Positions 28,328 through 37,790 of a stretch of DNA of 64,000 bases are shown here, piece by piece. The position numbers and the translations under genes were made by a program. The notes under the pieces were generated by a model, which did no database searches, was not told where the DNA came from, and worked only from the letters and a program-made list of their open reading frames with translations. The stretch's first letter is position 1, and each line of letters begins with the position of its first letter. Source of the stretch: a candidate division TM6 bacterium GW2011_GWF2_37_49 (GTDB lineage: Bacteria; Babelota; Babeliae; Babelales; RVW-14); assembly GCA_000989955.1 (NCBI GenBank), contig LBTE01000001.1:206615-270614 (forward strand), read 5' to 3'.

Positions 28328-30079
28328 GTGATAATTGTTACGCTACTGCGACAATTACTGACGAGGAGAGATAAATTTGTTTTATTAATACTTATTTTTT
28401 TATCTATTTTTGTCTCTATCATTGAAACCGTTGGAATTTCAGCAATTATGGTTTTTGTTGGATTGGCAACCAATCTTGAAACCGTATTAACAAATAAATA
28501 CTGTGTCAAAATTTATACACTTTTCGGATTTACTAGGCCGGCAAATTTTGTGATATTTGTTGGCGTAGTGCTTTTGTTTTTTTATTTGTTTCGAGCTGTT
28601 TTAACCATTTTTTATACATACTTAGCAAACTATTATGCATTTCGGCGACAGCACTATTTTTCTTGTACAATATTCAACAATTTTCTACATTTTAATTACA
28701 ATGATTTTGTAACGAAAAATTCTTCGCTACTTAGTCAAATTATATTTTCTTATTCGGGTAGCTTTTCTCAGGTTTTGGCAAGTATGATAACTATATTTGC
28801 AGAGGTATTCACAATTTTGTGTATTTATTCAATGTTGTTGTATGTGAGCTGGAAAATTACGGCCGTTTTGACTGTAATGTTAGGTATTATGGTAGGAATT
28901 ATTACAAAAATTTCGTCAAAAAAAGTTACGCGTTCAGGTTTACAAAATCAAAAAGCTTCTTATCTGATGGGCAAGGTTTATACCGAATCGTTTTGGAATT
29001 TTAAGTTTTTAAAGTTAATTGGAAGATATGATTATATTTCTTCAAAATTTTCTGAAGTAGTTCAAGCCCTTGTAAATGCAAGCATTACGAATATTGTTTG
29101 GCAGACGATTCCACGGTTTATTATTGAAACAATTGCATTTTCGATAATGATAAGCGTCATAATGTATGTTCTTTTCATGTACAATAATGCAAATTTTATT
29201 TTGCCTATTGTTTCTATGTATGCATTGGCATTTTATCGCTTTATGCCATCAATAAATAAAATTTTTGCGTCGTATAATCAAATAATTTTTCATAAATATG
29301 TACTAAACCCTTTATATGAATATTTAAAACATGATTTTGAAATGCTTGGTAATGGATCAGTTGAGTTTGAAAAGAGCCTAGAGTTTAAGAAAATATCTTT
29401 TTCTTACAGCACTGGAAATAATATACTATCAAACGTATCTTTTAAGGTGTCAAAAGGTGATAGAGTTGCATTTGTTGGTCCGAGTGGAGCTGGCAAGAGC
29501 ACGCTTGCTGATATTTTGATGGGACTACATATTCCGAAAATGGGACATGTTTGTATTGATAACACGCCATTAACTTTTAAAAATGTACAGAGTTGGAGAA
29601 ACAAAATCGGTTACATTCCACAAAATGTTTTTCTTTTCGATGGGACAGTTGCAGAAAATGTTTTGTGTGGCAGAAATTATGATGAGAGTAAAATTATTCA
29701 GGTCTTAAAAAGAGCTCAGATTTATGATTTTTTACTTACAAAAGAAGGCCTTGATACACGAATTGGAGAAGGTGGGGTGATGTTTTCTGGTGGACAAAAA
29801 CAACGTGTGGCAATTGCCCGTGCTTTGTATTCTGAACCAGATGTTTTGGTGCTTGACGAGGCAACCTCTTCGCTTGATAATGCAATGGAGGCCAAAATTA
29901 TGGAAGAAATTTATAGCGTTAGTGCACGAGTAACATTGATAATAATTGCCCACAGATTAACAACAATTGAAAAATGTAATAAAATTTTTAGAGTTGAAAA
30001 TGGTCAAATTTATCAACTAAATTCGTGGAATGATGTTGCTGCTGGCAATTGGCAGGGAAAGCAAATTACTCAAACCTAA
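28328..30079 (+). CDS. ABC transporter, fused permease/ATP-binding (type I exporter, MsbA/PglK-like)
   Basis: 6-TM N-half; Walker A GPSGAGKST, signature FSGGQKQRVAIARAL, Walker B VLVLDEATSSLD; GTG start with AGGAG RBS. Confidence 0.8.
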   Translation: MIIVTLLRQLLTRRDKFVLLILIFLSIFVSIIETVGISAIMVFVGLATNLETVLTNKYCVKIYTLFGFTRPANFVIFVGVVLLFFYLFRAVLTIFYTYLANYYAFRRQHYFSCTIFNNFLHFNYNDFVTKNSSLLSQIIFSYSGSFSQVLASMITIFAEVFTILCIYSMLLYVSWKITAVLTVMLGIMVGIITKISSKKVTRSGLQNQKASYLMGKVYTESFWNFKFLKLIGRYDYISSKFSEVVQALVNASITNIVWQTIPRFIIETIAFSIMISVIMYVLFMYNNANFILPIVSMYALAFYRFMPSINKIFASYNQIIFHKYVLNPLYEYLKHDFEMLGNGSVEFEKSLEFKKISFSYSTGNNILSNVSFKVSKGDRVAFVGPSGAGKSTLADILMGLHIPKMGHVCIDNTPLTFKNVQSWRNKIGYIPQNVFLFDGTVAENVLCGRNYDESKIIQVLKRAQIYDFLLTKEGLDTRIGEGGVMFSGGQKQRVAIARALYSEPDVLVLDEATSSLDNAMEAKIMEEIYSVSARVTLIIIAHRLTTIEKCNKIFRVENGQIYQLNSWNDVAAGNWQGKQITQT

Positions 30080-30099
30080 AAAAGGAGGTAGGGGTTAAG

Positions 30100-31158
30100 A
30101 TGTTGAAATATAAATCAATTCTTATTACTGGTGGAACAGGGTCTTTTGGCAAGGCCTTCATAAAGACAATTTTACAGAAACATCCAGAAGTTGAGCGTGT
30201 GGTTGTTTTTTCCCGTGATGAATTCAAGCAGTTTGAGATGTCAAATTTTCCAGAATTTAAAAATAGTGATAAACTTCGTTTTTTTGTTGGAGATGTCCGC
30301 GACAAGGATCGCTTAAGTCGTGCTTTTGATGGTGTTGATGTGGTAATACATGCTGCGGCATTAAAGCAAGTTCCTTCTTGTGAATACAATCCGTTTGAAG
30401 CGGTTAAAACAAATATTATTGGTGCACAAAATGTTATTGATACCGCTATTGATAGAGATGTGAAAAGAGTTGTTGCATTAAGCACAGATAAGGCATGCGC
30501 TCCTGTTAATTTGTATGGAGCTACAAAGCTTTGCTCAGATAAGCTTTTTATTTCAGGAAATGTTTACTCTGGCTCTCACGACACAAGATTTAGTGTCGTG
30601 AGGTATGGAAATGTAGCCGGAAGCCGTGGGTCTGTAATTCCATATTTTAAAGAATTAATTGAACGCGGAGCAAAAGAATTGCCTATTACAGATTTTAGGA
30701 TGACTCGGTTTTGGTTGAGGCTTGAACAGGCTGTTGATATGGTTTTGATGGCCCTACAGACAATGTATGGCGGCGAACTTTTTGTCAAAAAAATTCCATC
30801 GATGCGCATGACTGATTTAGCTCAGGCGATATCTCCGGATATAAAAATGGTTGAGGTTGGCATTCGTCCAGGTGAAAAAATTCACGAAGTTATGATAACG
30901 CGTGAAGATGCTAGAAATACGATTGAGCTTGATCAATATTATATTGTTAAGCCAGAGTTTGGATCTATATTAAAAAATGCTTCAAATTTAATAAACGGTA
31001 CACCTGTTTCAGATGATTTTGAGTATCATAGTGGTAATAACGATCAATGGTTATCGATTGACCAAATGCAAACAATGATTGAAGATTTATGCCCTGAATT
31101 GGGCAAAAGGCTTCTATCCAAAAAAATAGAATATAGAAGTTGTGTTTTGGGTTCTTAA
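30100..31158 (+). CDS. pseB: UDP-N-acetylglucosamine 4,6-dehydratase (inverting), PseB/FlaA1-like
   Basis: ITGGTGSFGKAF NAD(P) motif, YGATK catalytic motif, CapD-like; start at MLKYKS with AAGGAGG RBS. Confidence 0.75.
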   Translation: MLKYKSILITGGTGSFGKAFIKTILQKHPEVERVVVFSRDEFKQFEMSNFPEFKNSDKLRFFVGDVRDKDRLSRAFDGVDVVIHAAALKQVPSCEYNPFEAVKTNIIGAQNVIDTAIDRDVKRVVALSTDKACAPVNLYGATKLCSDKLFISGNVYSGSHDTRFSVVRYGNVAGSRGSVIPYFKELIERGAKELPITDFRMTRFWLRLEQAVDMVLMALQTMYGGELFVKKIPSMRMTDLAQAISPDIKMVEVGIRPGEKIHEVMITREDARNTIELDQYYIVKPEFGSILKNASNLINGTPVSDDFEYHSGNNDQWLSIDQMQTMIEDLCPELGKRLLSKKIEYRSCVLGS

Positions 31159-31171
31159 AAATTAGGTTATC

Positions 31172-32314
31172 ATGAAAACATATGCTTACGGAAAACAATC
31201 AATTTCGTTTGGTGATATTTGGGAGGTTGTCAAAGTTTTGCGTTCACCACTACTAACACAAGGGCCAAAGGTTAAGGAGTTTGAAGATGCGCTTTGCGCC
31301 TATACCGGTGCAAAATATTGTGTTGTTGTTGCAAATGGTGCCGCAGCGTTACATCTTGCCATGCTCAGCCTTGAACTTTATCCTGGTGATCAGGCGATTA
31401 CAACACCAATTACTTTTGCTGCAACTGCAAATTCAGTTTTATACGCTGGTGGAGTTGTTAAATTTGCCGATGTTCAGACTGATACTGCGAATATAGATCC
31501 GATTGAAATTGTTAAAAATATTACAGATAAAACAAAAGTACTGGTTCCGGTCCATTTTGCGGGTCAGTCATGCGATATGCAGAAAATTCGTGAAATTGCT
31601 GATAAACACAATCTTTTTGTTGTTGAAGATGCGGCTCAAGCAATTGGCTCTGAGTACAATGGACACAAAGTTGGAAGTTGTAAATATTCTGATCTAGCAA
31701 TATTTTCATTTCACGCAGTAAAAACAGTAACAACTGGTGAAGGTGGTTCTATTACAACAAACAACAAAAATTTATATGAAAAATTACTGATGCTTCGGAC
31801 TCATGGCATTACGCGTAACGTAAATTATTTTACTCGTGATGAAGGACCTTGGTATTGTGAGCAACACGTTCTTGGATTTAATTATAGATTAACTGATTTC
31901 GCTTGTGCGCTGGGGATCTCGCAGTTGAAGCGGCTTGAGGGTTTTACAAAACGACGTCGAGAGATTGTTGAGTTCTATAAAAATGCATTTTCAGATGATG
32001 AACGATTTGGATATTTAACAGAGATGCCTTATTCTAAAGCATGCTTTCATCTGTTCCCATTGCTTATAAATTTTAAAAAAATTAAAAGTGATAAAAAAGA
32101 AATTTTTGAAAAATTGAAACAAAAAAATATACATGTCCAAGTTCACCATATTCCTGTTTATTGGCATCCGTATTATCAAAAACTTGGATTTAACCATGGC
32201 GATTGCCCTGTGGCTGAAAATTATTACAGAAGTGCCGTATCTTTACCGCTTTATCCGGGCTTGATGGATGCTGATTTGAGATATATTGTTGATACCGTGA
32301 AGCAGTTTTGTTGA
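31172..32314 (+). CDS. pseC: DegT/DnrJ/EryC1/StrS-family PLP aminotransferase (PseC-like)
   Basis: PLP lysine context SFHAVKTVTTGEGG; family-typical length. Confidence 0.7.
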   Translation: MKTYAYGKQSISFGDIWEVVKVLRSPLLTQGPKVKEFEDALCAYTGAKYCVVVANGAAALHLAMLSLELYPGDQAITTPITFAATANSVLYAGGVVKFADVQTDTANIDPIEIVKNITDKTKVLVPVHFAGQSCDMQKIREIADKHNLFVVEDAAQAIGSEYNGHKVGSCKYSDLAIFSFHAVKTVTTGEGGSITTNNKNLYEKLLMLRTHGITRNVNYFTRDEGPWYCEQHVLGFNYRLTDFACALGISQLKRLEGFTKRRREIVEFYKNAFSDDERFGYLTEMPYSKACFHLFPLLINFKKIKSDKKEIFEKLKQKNIHVQVHHIPVYWHPYYQKLGFNHGDCPVAENYYRSAVSLPLYPGLMDADLRYIVDTVKQFC

Positions 32315-32329
32315 GGAATGTAGTATTTT

Positions 32330-33109
32330 ATGTGCAAACTTGGATTAAAAATTTGGTCTATTAATTTAAGTTATATCAACGATGCCATGCGCTTGTATGA
32401 ACAAGGTTTTTGCCAATACATTGAATTATTTGCTGTTCCGGGAACTTATAATGATGTTGCGCAAAAATGGGCTAATTTAAAAATCCCATGCGTTATACAT
32501 GCTCCTCATTTCAAACAAGGGCTTAATTTTGCCCAAAAAAAGAGTTTTGATCTTAATAAAAAATTGGCAGCAGAAGCATTGCTTTTTGCGGATAGGCTCA
32601 ATTCTGAATTTGTTATTTTTCATCCTGGCGCTGATGGTGATATCCACCAAACTTTAGAACAGATAAAAAAAATATTTGATAATCGAATGGTAATTGAAAA
32701 TAAACCATATTTTTCGCTTGATGGCAAATTAGTGTGCAATGGTTATTCCCCGCAAGATATTGAGATGTTAATTAAAGAGGCTGGTGTTGGTTTTTGCCTT
32801 GATTTTGCGCATGCAATTTTTGCGGCCAATGCATTGAAGCTTAATAAAATCGATTTTATTAAGCAATTTATGAAGTTAAATCCTAGCATGTTTCACATAA
32901 CGGATGGACAGTGGGACGGCGTTTTTGATGAGCACCTAAATTTGGGTCATGGTGATTTTGAATTTGATAAATTAAAAACGTTTTTTTTGCCGGATTCCAT
33001 GATTACAATTGAAACAAAGCATAATTTTGAATCAAGCTTGAATGATTTTGAAGATGATGTGTTCTTCCTAAAAAATAAAGGAATTTTAAATGAGCCGTGG
33101 ATTAAATGA
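32330..33109 (+). CDS. xylose-isomerase-like TIM-barrel sugar isomerase/epimerase family protein
   Basis: ELFAVPGT...HAPHF...FHPG pattern typical of AP-endonuclease-2/XI-like TIM barrels. Confidence 0.35.
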   Translation: MCKLGLKIWSINLSYINDAMRLYEQGFCQYIELFAVPGTYNDVAQKWANLKIPCVIHAPHFKQGLNFAQKKSFDLNKKLAAEALLFADRLNSEFVIFHPGADGDIHQTLEQIKKIFDNRMVIENKPYFSLDGKLVCNGYSPQDIEMLIKEAGVGFCLDFAHAIFAANALKLNKIDFIKQFMKLNPSMFHITDGQWDGVFDEHLNLGHGDFEFDKLKTFFLPDSMITIETKHNFESSLNDFEDDVFFLKNKGILNEPWIK

Positions 33110-33872
33110 AATTTTAGATAAGGCAACAAATAGTCATAATTTAGCAGAAAGAATTAAAAAAAACACGCAGGGTACGGAAGATATCTTTAGTTCGTGGACG
33201 GATAGTCTTTTTGTATCTTTGAATTATTCAAATGTTTTAGATATTTGTTGTGGTACTGGAAACCAGATCGTTAAGTATGCCACTAATAAAAAAGTAAAAA
33301 ATATTACAGGTATTGATATTTCCGAAGGTTCATTGAATTTTTCTTTAAGCCGATTATCAGAATTAAATAGTACAGCAATGATAGATTTAAAAAATATTAG
33401 CATGGATCTTTTTTTTGAAAAACGGCATCAGAAATATGATTTGATATCATGCTTTTATGGTTTGTATTATTCTAAAAATATAAAAAAATTAATTTCACAA
33501 ATGATTAATTGTACAGAAGATGGTGGGGTAATTCTGATTGTAGGACCATATGGAGAGAATAATGCGTCTTTTTTTGGATTGATTGAAGAACATTATAAAA
33601 TACCTGATTTAGTTAAAAAAAGTGCAACTTCCTTTATGGGCGATGATGTATTGCCTGAGCTTTCAATGCAAACACGGGTGCAGATGAAAACGCTTGTGAA
33701 TAAAATATATTTTTATTCTTCAGATGAGCTTGTTAATTATTGGAGGGCAACAACTTTTTATAATTTTACTCATGAAAAAGCTGTGAGATTAGATATTGAT
33801 TCTTATTTTGTCAAACATGATTTTTTTATTATTGAAAAGCATATTATTGCTTTTATCGCAACAAAGATCTAA
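33090..33872 (+). CDS. class I SAM-dependent methyltransferase
   Basis: Motif I VLDICCGTGNQ. Confidence 0.65.
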   Translation: MSRGLNEILDKATNSHNLAERIKKNTQGTEDIFSSWTDSLFVSLNYSNVLDICCGTGNQIVKYATNKKVKNITGIDISEGSLNFSLSRLSELNSTAMIDLKNISMDLFFEKRHQKYDLISCFYGLYYSKNIKKLISQMINCTEDGGVILIVGPYGENNASFFGLIEEHYKIPDLVKKSATSFMGDDVLPELSMQTRVQMKTLVNKIYFYSSDELVNYWRATTFYNFTHEKAVRLDIDSYFVKHDFFIIEKHIIAFIATKI

Positions 33873-33885
33873 TCGAGGCTTGGCT

Positions 33886-34380
33886 ATGAATGGTTTTTTA
33901 AAGATTAATTTAGCCTCGCAACGTGATTTAATTGACGTTTTTACATTGTCTAATGATGATATTGTCAGGCATAATTCTTTTAACTCAAATAAAATTGAAT
34001 TAAACTCTCACAAAGTTTGGTTTTGTAAAAAAATAAATGATGAAAATTCTTTATTTTTTATAATAAGAACGATAGACGATATTTTTGTTGGATATGTTAG
34101 GTTTGATCGGGAATACGGTGATGAACCCCTTAAGTCGTATACCATCACTATACATCTTGCTCAAGCGTTTAGATGCAAGGGTTTTGGGACTAAATTGATA
34201 ATGGATACCTCTAATACAGTTATTGATCAATACGGCTCAAAAAAGATATATGCTTACGTAAAAAAGGAGAATGGCGCTTCCTTAAAAAGTTTTGTTAAGG
34301 CTGGATATTCCTTAATTGGCCCGGATGTGATAAAAGGTTTTGATTGTGTTAAATTAATTTATGAAAAAAATGACGAATAA
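33886..34380 (+). CDS. GNAT N-acetyltransferase (PseH-like)
   Basis: GNAT fold pattern ...RCKGFGTKLI...; start at MNGFLK. Confidence 0.5.
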   Translation: MNGFLKINLASQRDLIDVFTLSNDDIVRHNSFNSNKIELNSHKVWFCKKINDENSLFFIIRTIDDIFVGYVRFDREYGDEPLKSYTITIHLAQAFRCKGFGTKLIMDTSNTVIDQYGSKKIYAYVKKENGASLKSFVKAGYSLIGPDVIKGFDCVKLIYEKNDE

Positions 34381-35065
34381 GCAAACTGTTTTAGTTATCG
34401 CTGCCCACCCAGACGATGAAGTATTGGGGTGTGGCGGCACAATTGTAAAACATGTACAAAATGGAGATGAGGTAAATGTAGCGATTCTAGCTGAGGGCAT
34501 TACGGCAAGAGATTTAATAAGAGATCCTAAACAACGAAAAGATGAAATTTCAAAGTTAAGTGTGGCCGCTCATAAAGTTAGTGAGTATTTAGGCGCCCGC
34601 TCTTTAATTTTGCATAATTTTCCCGATAATCGTATGGACTCGCTAAATCGTCTTGACGTTATAAAATTTGTTGAACATTTAATTCAAAAATTTAGGCCCA
34701 GTATTGTTTACACCCATCATGCCGGCGACGTAAATGTTGATCATAGAATAATTCATGAAGCAGTAGTTACGGCATGTCGTCCCATCCCTGGATCTTTTGT
34801 TAAAATAATTTTATTTTTTGAAGTTGCATCAAGTACCGAGTGTCAGACGCCATTTTCTAATTTTCAATTTAGTCCCAATTGGTTTGTTGATATTTCGGAA
34901 ACATTGCATTCAAAATTAGGAGCCATGCAACTTTACAAAACTGAAATGAGAGATTATCCTCATGCTCGGTCGCTTAGGGCGCTGGAATGCCTTGCAAGGT
35001 GGAGAGGTGCAAGTATTGGAGTAGATGCGGCGGAATCATTTTTTTTAGGAAGAAAAATAGATTAA
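34361..35065 (+). CDS. LmbE/PIG-L family N-acetyl-sugar deacetylase
   Basis: AHPDDEVLGCGGT signature. Confidence 0.7.
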   Translation: MKKMTNKQTVLVIAAHPDDEVLGCGGTIVKHVQNGDEVNVAILAEGITARDLIRDPKQRKDEISKLSVAAHKVSEYLGARSLILHNFPDNRMDSLNRLDVIKFVEHLIQKFRPSIVYTHHAGDVNVDHRIIHEAVVTACRPIPGSFVKIILFFEVASSTECQTPFSNFQFSPNWFVDISETLHSKLGAMQLYKTEMRDYPHARSLRALECLARWRGASIGVDAAESFFLGRKID

Positions 35066-35077
35066 TGGGGAGTGGTA

Positions 35078-36130
35078 ATGAAAGAAATAAATATTTCTGG
35101 AGTAAAAGTAGGTCATGCATATTCACCGTTTATTGTAGCGGAAATGTCTGGAAATCATAACCAATCATTAGATATTGCATTACAAATTGTTGAGGCTGCA
35201 TCTAAATCTGGTGTTCATGCTATAAAATTACAGACATATACCGCTGACACAATCACATTAGATGTAAATTCTTCCGATTTTTATATATCTGATGCAAATA
35301 GTACATGGAACGGTGCAAAACTTTATGATCTTTACAAAAAGGCTTATACTCCCTGGGAATGGCATAAACCGATAATGGATATGTGTAAAGCACTTGATCT
35401 TGTTTGTTTCAGTACGCCATTTGACGAGACAGCAGTAGATTTTTTAGAAACACTTGATGTACCATGCTATAAAATTGCATCTTTTGAAATTTTGCATTTG
35501 CCGCTAATTAAAAAAGTAGCGCAAACAGGCAAACCTATAATTATGTCGACAGGAATGGCAAGCATCGCAGAACTTGATGATGCTGTAAAAATAGCAAGAA
35601 ACAATGGTTGTAAAGATCTAATTTTACTAAAATGTACGAGCTCATATCCTGCAGATCCAAGCCAATCAAATCTCTTGACAATTCCTCATATGCAAAAGCT
35701 TTTTGATTGTCAGGTTGGCCTGTCCGACCACACTCTTGGCATTGGCGTTAGCGTTGCAAGCGTTGCTCTGGGCGCCACATTTATTGAAAAACATTTTACA
35801 CTGTCTCGTGCAGATGGAGGCGTAGACTCATCATTTTCACTTGAATCTGAAGAAATGAAAAATTTAGTTATAGAAACGAATCGAGCTTGGCAAGCATTAG
35901 GTAGAGTTTGTTATAAGCCGTCCGGATCTGAAGAAAAATCATTACAGTTTCGTAGGTCTTTGTATGTTGCCCAAGATATGAAAGTTGGCGATGAGTTTAC
36001 TCAGGAAAATTTAAGAATAGTAAGGCCTGGTTTCGGGCTTTCACCAAAATATTATGATGAGTTTCTTGGCAAAAAAATTTCCCGCGATTTAAAAAAAGGT
36101 ACTCCAGTTACATGGAATATTTTGTTTTAA
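35078..36130 (+). CDS. pseI: N-acetylneuraminate/pseudaminic acid synthase family (NeuB/PseI-like)
   Basis: FIVAEMSGNHNQSLD...AIKLQTY NeuB signature; C-terminal SAF domain; GGGGAG RBS before ATG. Confidence 0.75.
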   Translation: MKEINISGVKVGHAYSPFIVAEMSGNHNQSLDIALQIVEAASKSGVHAIKLQTYTADTITLDVNSSDFYISDANSTWNGAKLYDLYKKAYTPWEWHKPIMDMCKALDLVCFSTPFDETAVDFLETLDVPCYKIASFEILHLPLIKKVAQTGKPIIMSTGMASIAELDDAVKIARNNGCKDLILLKCTSSYPADPSQSNLLTIPHMQKLFDCQVGLSDHTLGIGVSVASVALGATFIEKHFTLSRADGGVDSSFSLESEEMKNLVIETNRAWQALGRVCYKPSGSEEKSLQFRRSLYVAQDMKVGDEFTQENLRIVRPGFGLSPKYYDEFLGKKISRDLKKGTPVTWNILF

Positions 36131-36179
36131 TACAAGCGAAATAGAAAGCCATAATTTATTAGACCTGTTCCAAAACGCT

Positions 36180-36330
36180 TTCTTCGATTATGATTTTTTG
36201 CAATTTGTCAAAAAAACATTCGCCAGCCTCGTCCCAATCAATGCTGGCAGGCCGTATCTAAAAACTTATCAATTTCACGGCAAGCACGACGCAGCCGCAG
36301 GTTTAGACATACACCACCGATGTATAACCC
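36180..36330 (+). repeat. dispersed intergenic repeat, full-length plus-orientation copy
   Basis: attttttgcaatttgtcaaaaaaacattcgccagcctcg...tcaatgctggcaggccgtatctaaaaacttatcaatttcacggcaagcacg. Confidence 0.7.
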
Positions 36331-36436
36331 TAAAAGTCAATATTTTGGCCATAGGTTGACTTAATGAATTTTTAAAGCTAAATTACACAATGATGATGTA
36401 TTTATATAATCAATGATTAGCTATAAATGAAAAACT

Positions 36437-37009
36437 ATGAAAAAAATTAATAAAAGCCGATACGCGATTCTGGGCATGCTTTTTGATAAGCCTCGTTCTG
36501 GTTATTCCATAAAAAGTAACATGCTTGAATCAACTTCACGCTTTTGGCAAGAGTCGGACGCATCAATTTATCCGATGTTAAAAACTCTTGAGGCCGAAGG
36601 CAAGGTCACTTCCAAAAACGAATTTGTTGGCAAGCGTGCAAAAAAAATGTTTGAAATCACTCAGACAGGCAAAGACGAGTTTTTGGCCTGGATGGCCCTG
36701 CCGGCCGAAAGCGAAACACATCGCGATGAGCTGCTTTTGAAATTGTTTTTTGGGGCAAACACAACGCCTGACGAAACAATCAAACAGCTTCGATTAAAGC
36801 TCCAGCAGTCTCAAAAAAAGAGAGCTCAGCTAACGATCGTTCAAATCGATACTTTGGCGCAAATACCAGATACGCACACCCACAAGCTGTTTTGGGAGAT
36901 GGCGCTAAAAAATGGATTGATGCATTACGATGCTCAAATAAATTGGCTGATAGATTCTATAAATTGTTTAGAAAACAAATTTGGAGGTAAAAATGGAAAC
37001 AAAAATTGA
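36437..37009 (+). CDS. PadR-family transcriptional regulator
   Basis: ILGMLFDKPRSGYSIKS...IYPMLKTLEAEG winged-helix PadR signature. Confidence 0.7.
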   Translation: MKKINKSRYAILGMLFDKPRSGYSIKSNMLESTSRFWQESDASIYPMLKTLEAEGKVTSKNEFVGKRAKKMFEITQTGKDEFLAWMALPAESETHRDELLLKLFFGANTTPDETIKQLRLKLQQSQKKRAQLTIVQIDTLAQIPDTHTHKLFWEMALKNGLMHYDAQINWLIDSINCLENKFGGKNGNKN

Positions 37010-37772
37010 TTTTTTAAAATGGTTATCACTCAAACTTTATTTAACAAATGCCGCTATGTATGCGACAGTTGGCTTATCAATGCTTTTGCCGTTTTTGTTG
37101 CTTCAGGCGCTTGCCATGCCTCAGCTGATTGCCAGCTTTGTCGCATTTTTGATTATATCATTGTCACGCGCTTTTTTTGAAAGCATCGTCATCAACGAGT
37201 CACCAATCAACGGCTTGGCCGTGTCCAAACTCTTGACTTTATCGGTAGCAACAGCAGCAACAATGACCATTGTTATTTTTTATTTAAAAGCACCCTGCGG
37301 CAATTTTGTTATTCCACTCGCAGTTATAATTTCAAGAAAAATTGTTGGCGCGCTAAAAACTGCGCTGTGGCAAAACACCGTCAGGCTCGGATATTTTGCT
37401 GAACTTGCAACAAAATTGCAATTTAACATGACGGGAACTTATTATTTTTTTGGAGCTCTTGTCGGAATAACGTACTTTGCGTACGGAAAATATGGATTCA
37501 ACTTCGCATACATCTTCCCCGCAGCATTTTTTCTTGGAATAATTTGCGAAGAGTTGTATTTTATGATTAATGTGTATGAGATCGAACCTGGTATCAACAC
37601 GATGTTTAGGCTCATGGCATGGGCGGCAGCTTGCGCGATTGCATCAACTATTATCGTCATTTCAATGATGCAACTACTCGGTTGCAGCGGCCAGGTAGCC
37701 ACAATCGTCGGCGTCATCTTAATTAAGTTAGTTCAGCCGCTCGGATCACGTAAATTGATTTTGGGGTTATAA
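36981..37772 (+). CDS. hypothetical polytopic membrane protein
   Basis: 263 aa, 6+ TM helices; overlaps PadR 3' end. Confidence 0.4.
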   Translation: MEVKMETKIDFLKWLSLKLYLTNAAMYATVGLSMLLPFLLLQALAMPQLIASFVAFLIISLSRAFFESIVINESPINGLAVSKLLTLSVATAATMTIVIFYLKAPCGNFVIPLAVIISRKIVGALKTALWQNTVRLGYFAELATKLQFNMTGTYYFFGALVGITYFAYGKYGFNFAYIFPAAFFLGIICEELYFMINVYEIEPGINTMFRLMAWAAACAIASTIIVISMMQLLGCSGQVATIVGVILIKLVQPLGSRKLILGL

Positions 37773-37790
37773 ATCGAAAGGATTTTTGTT

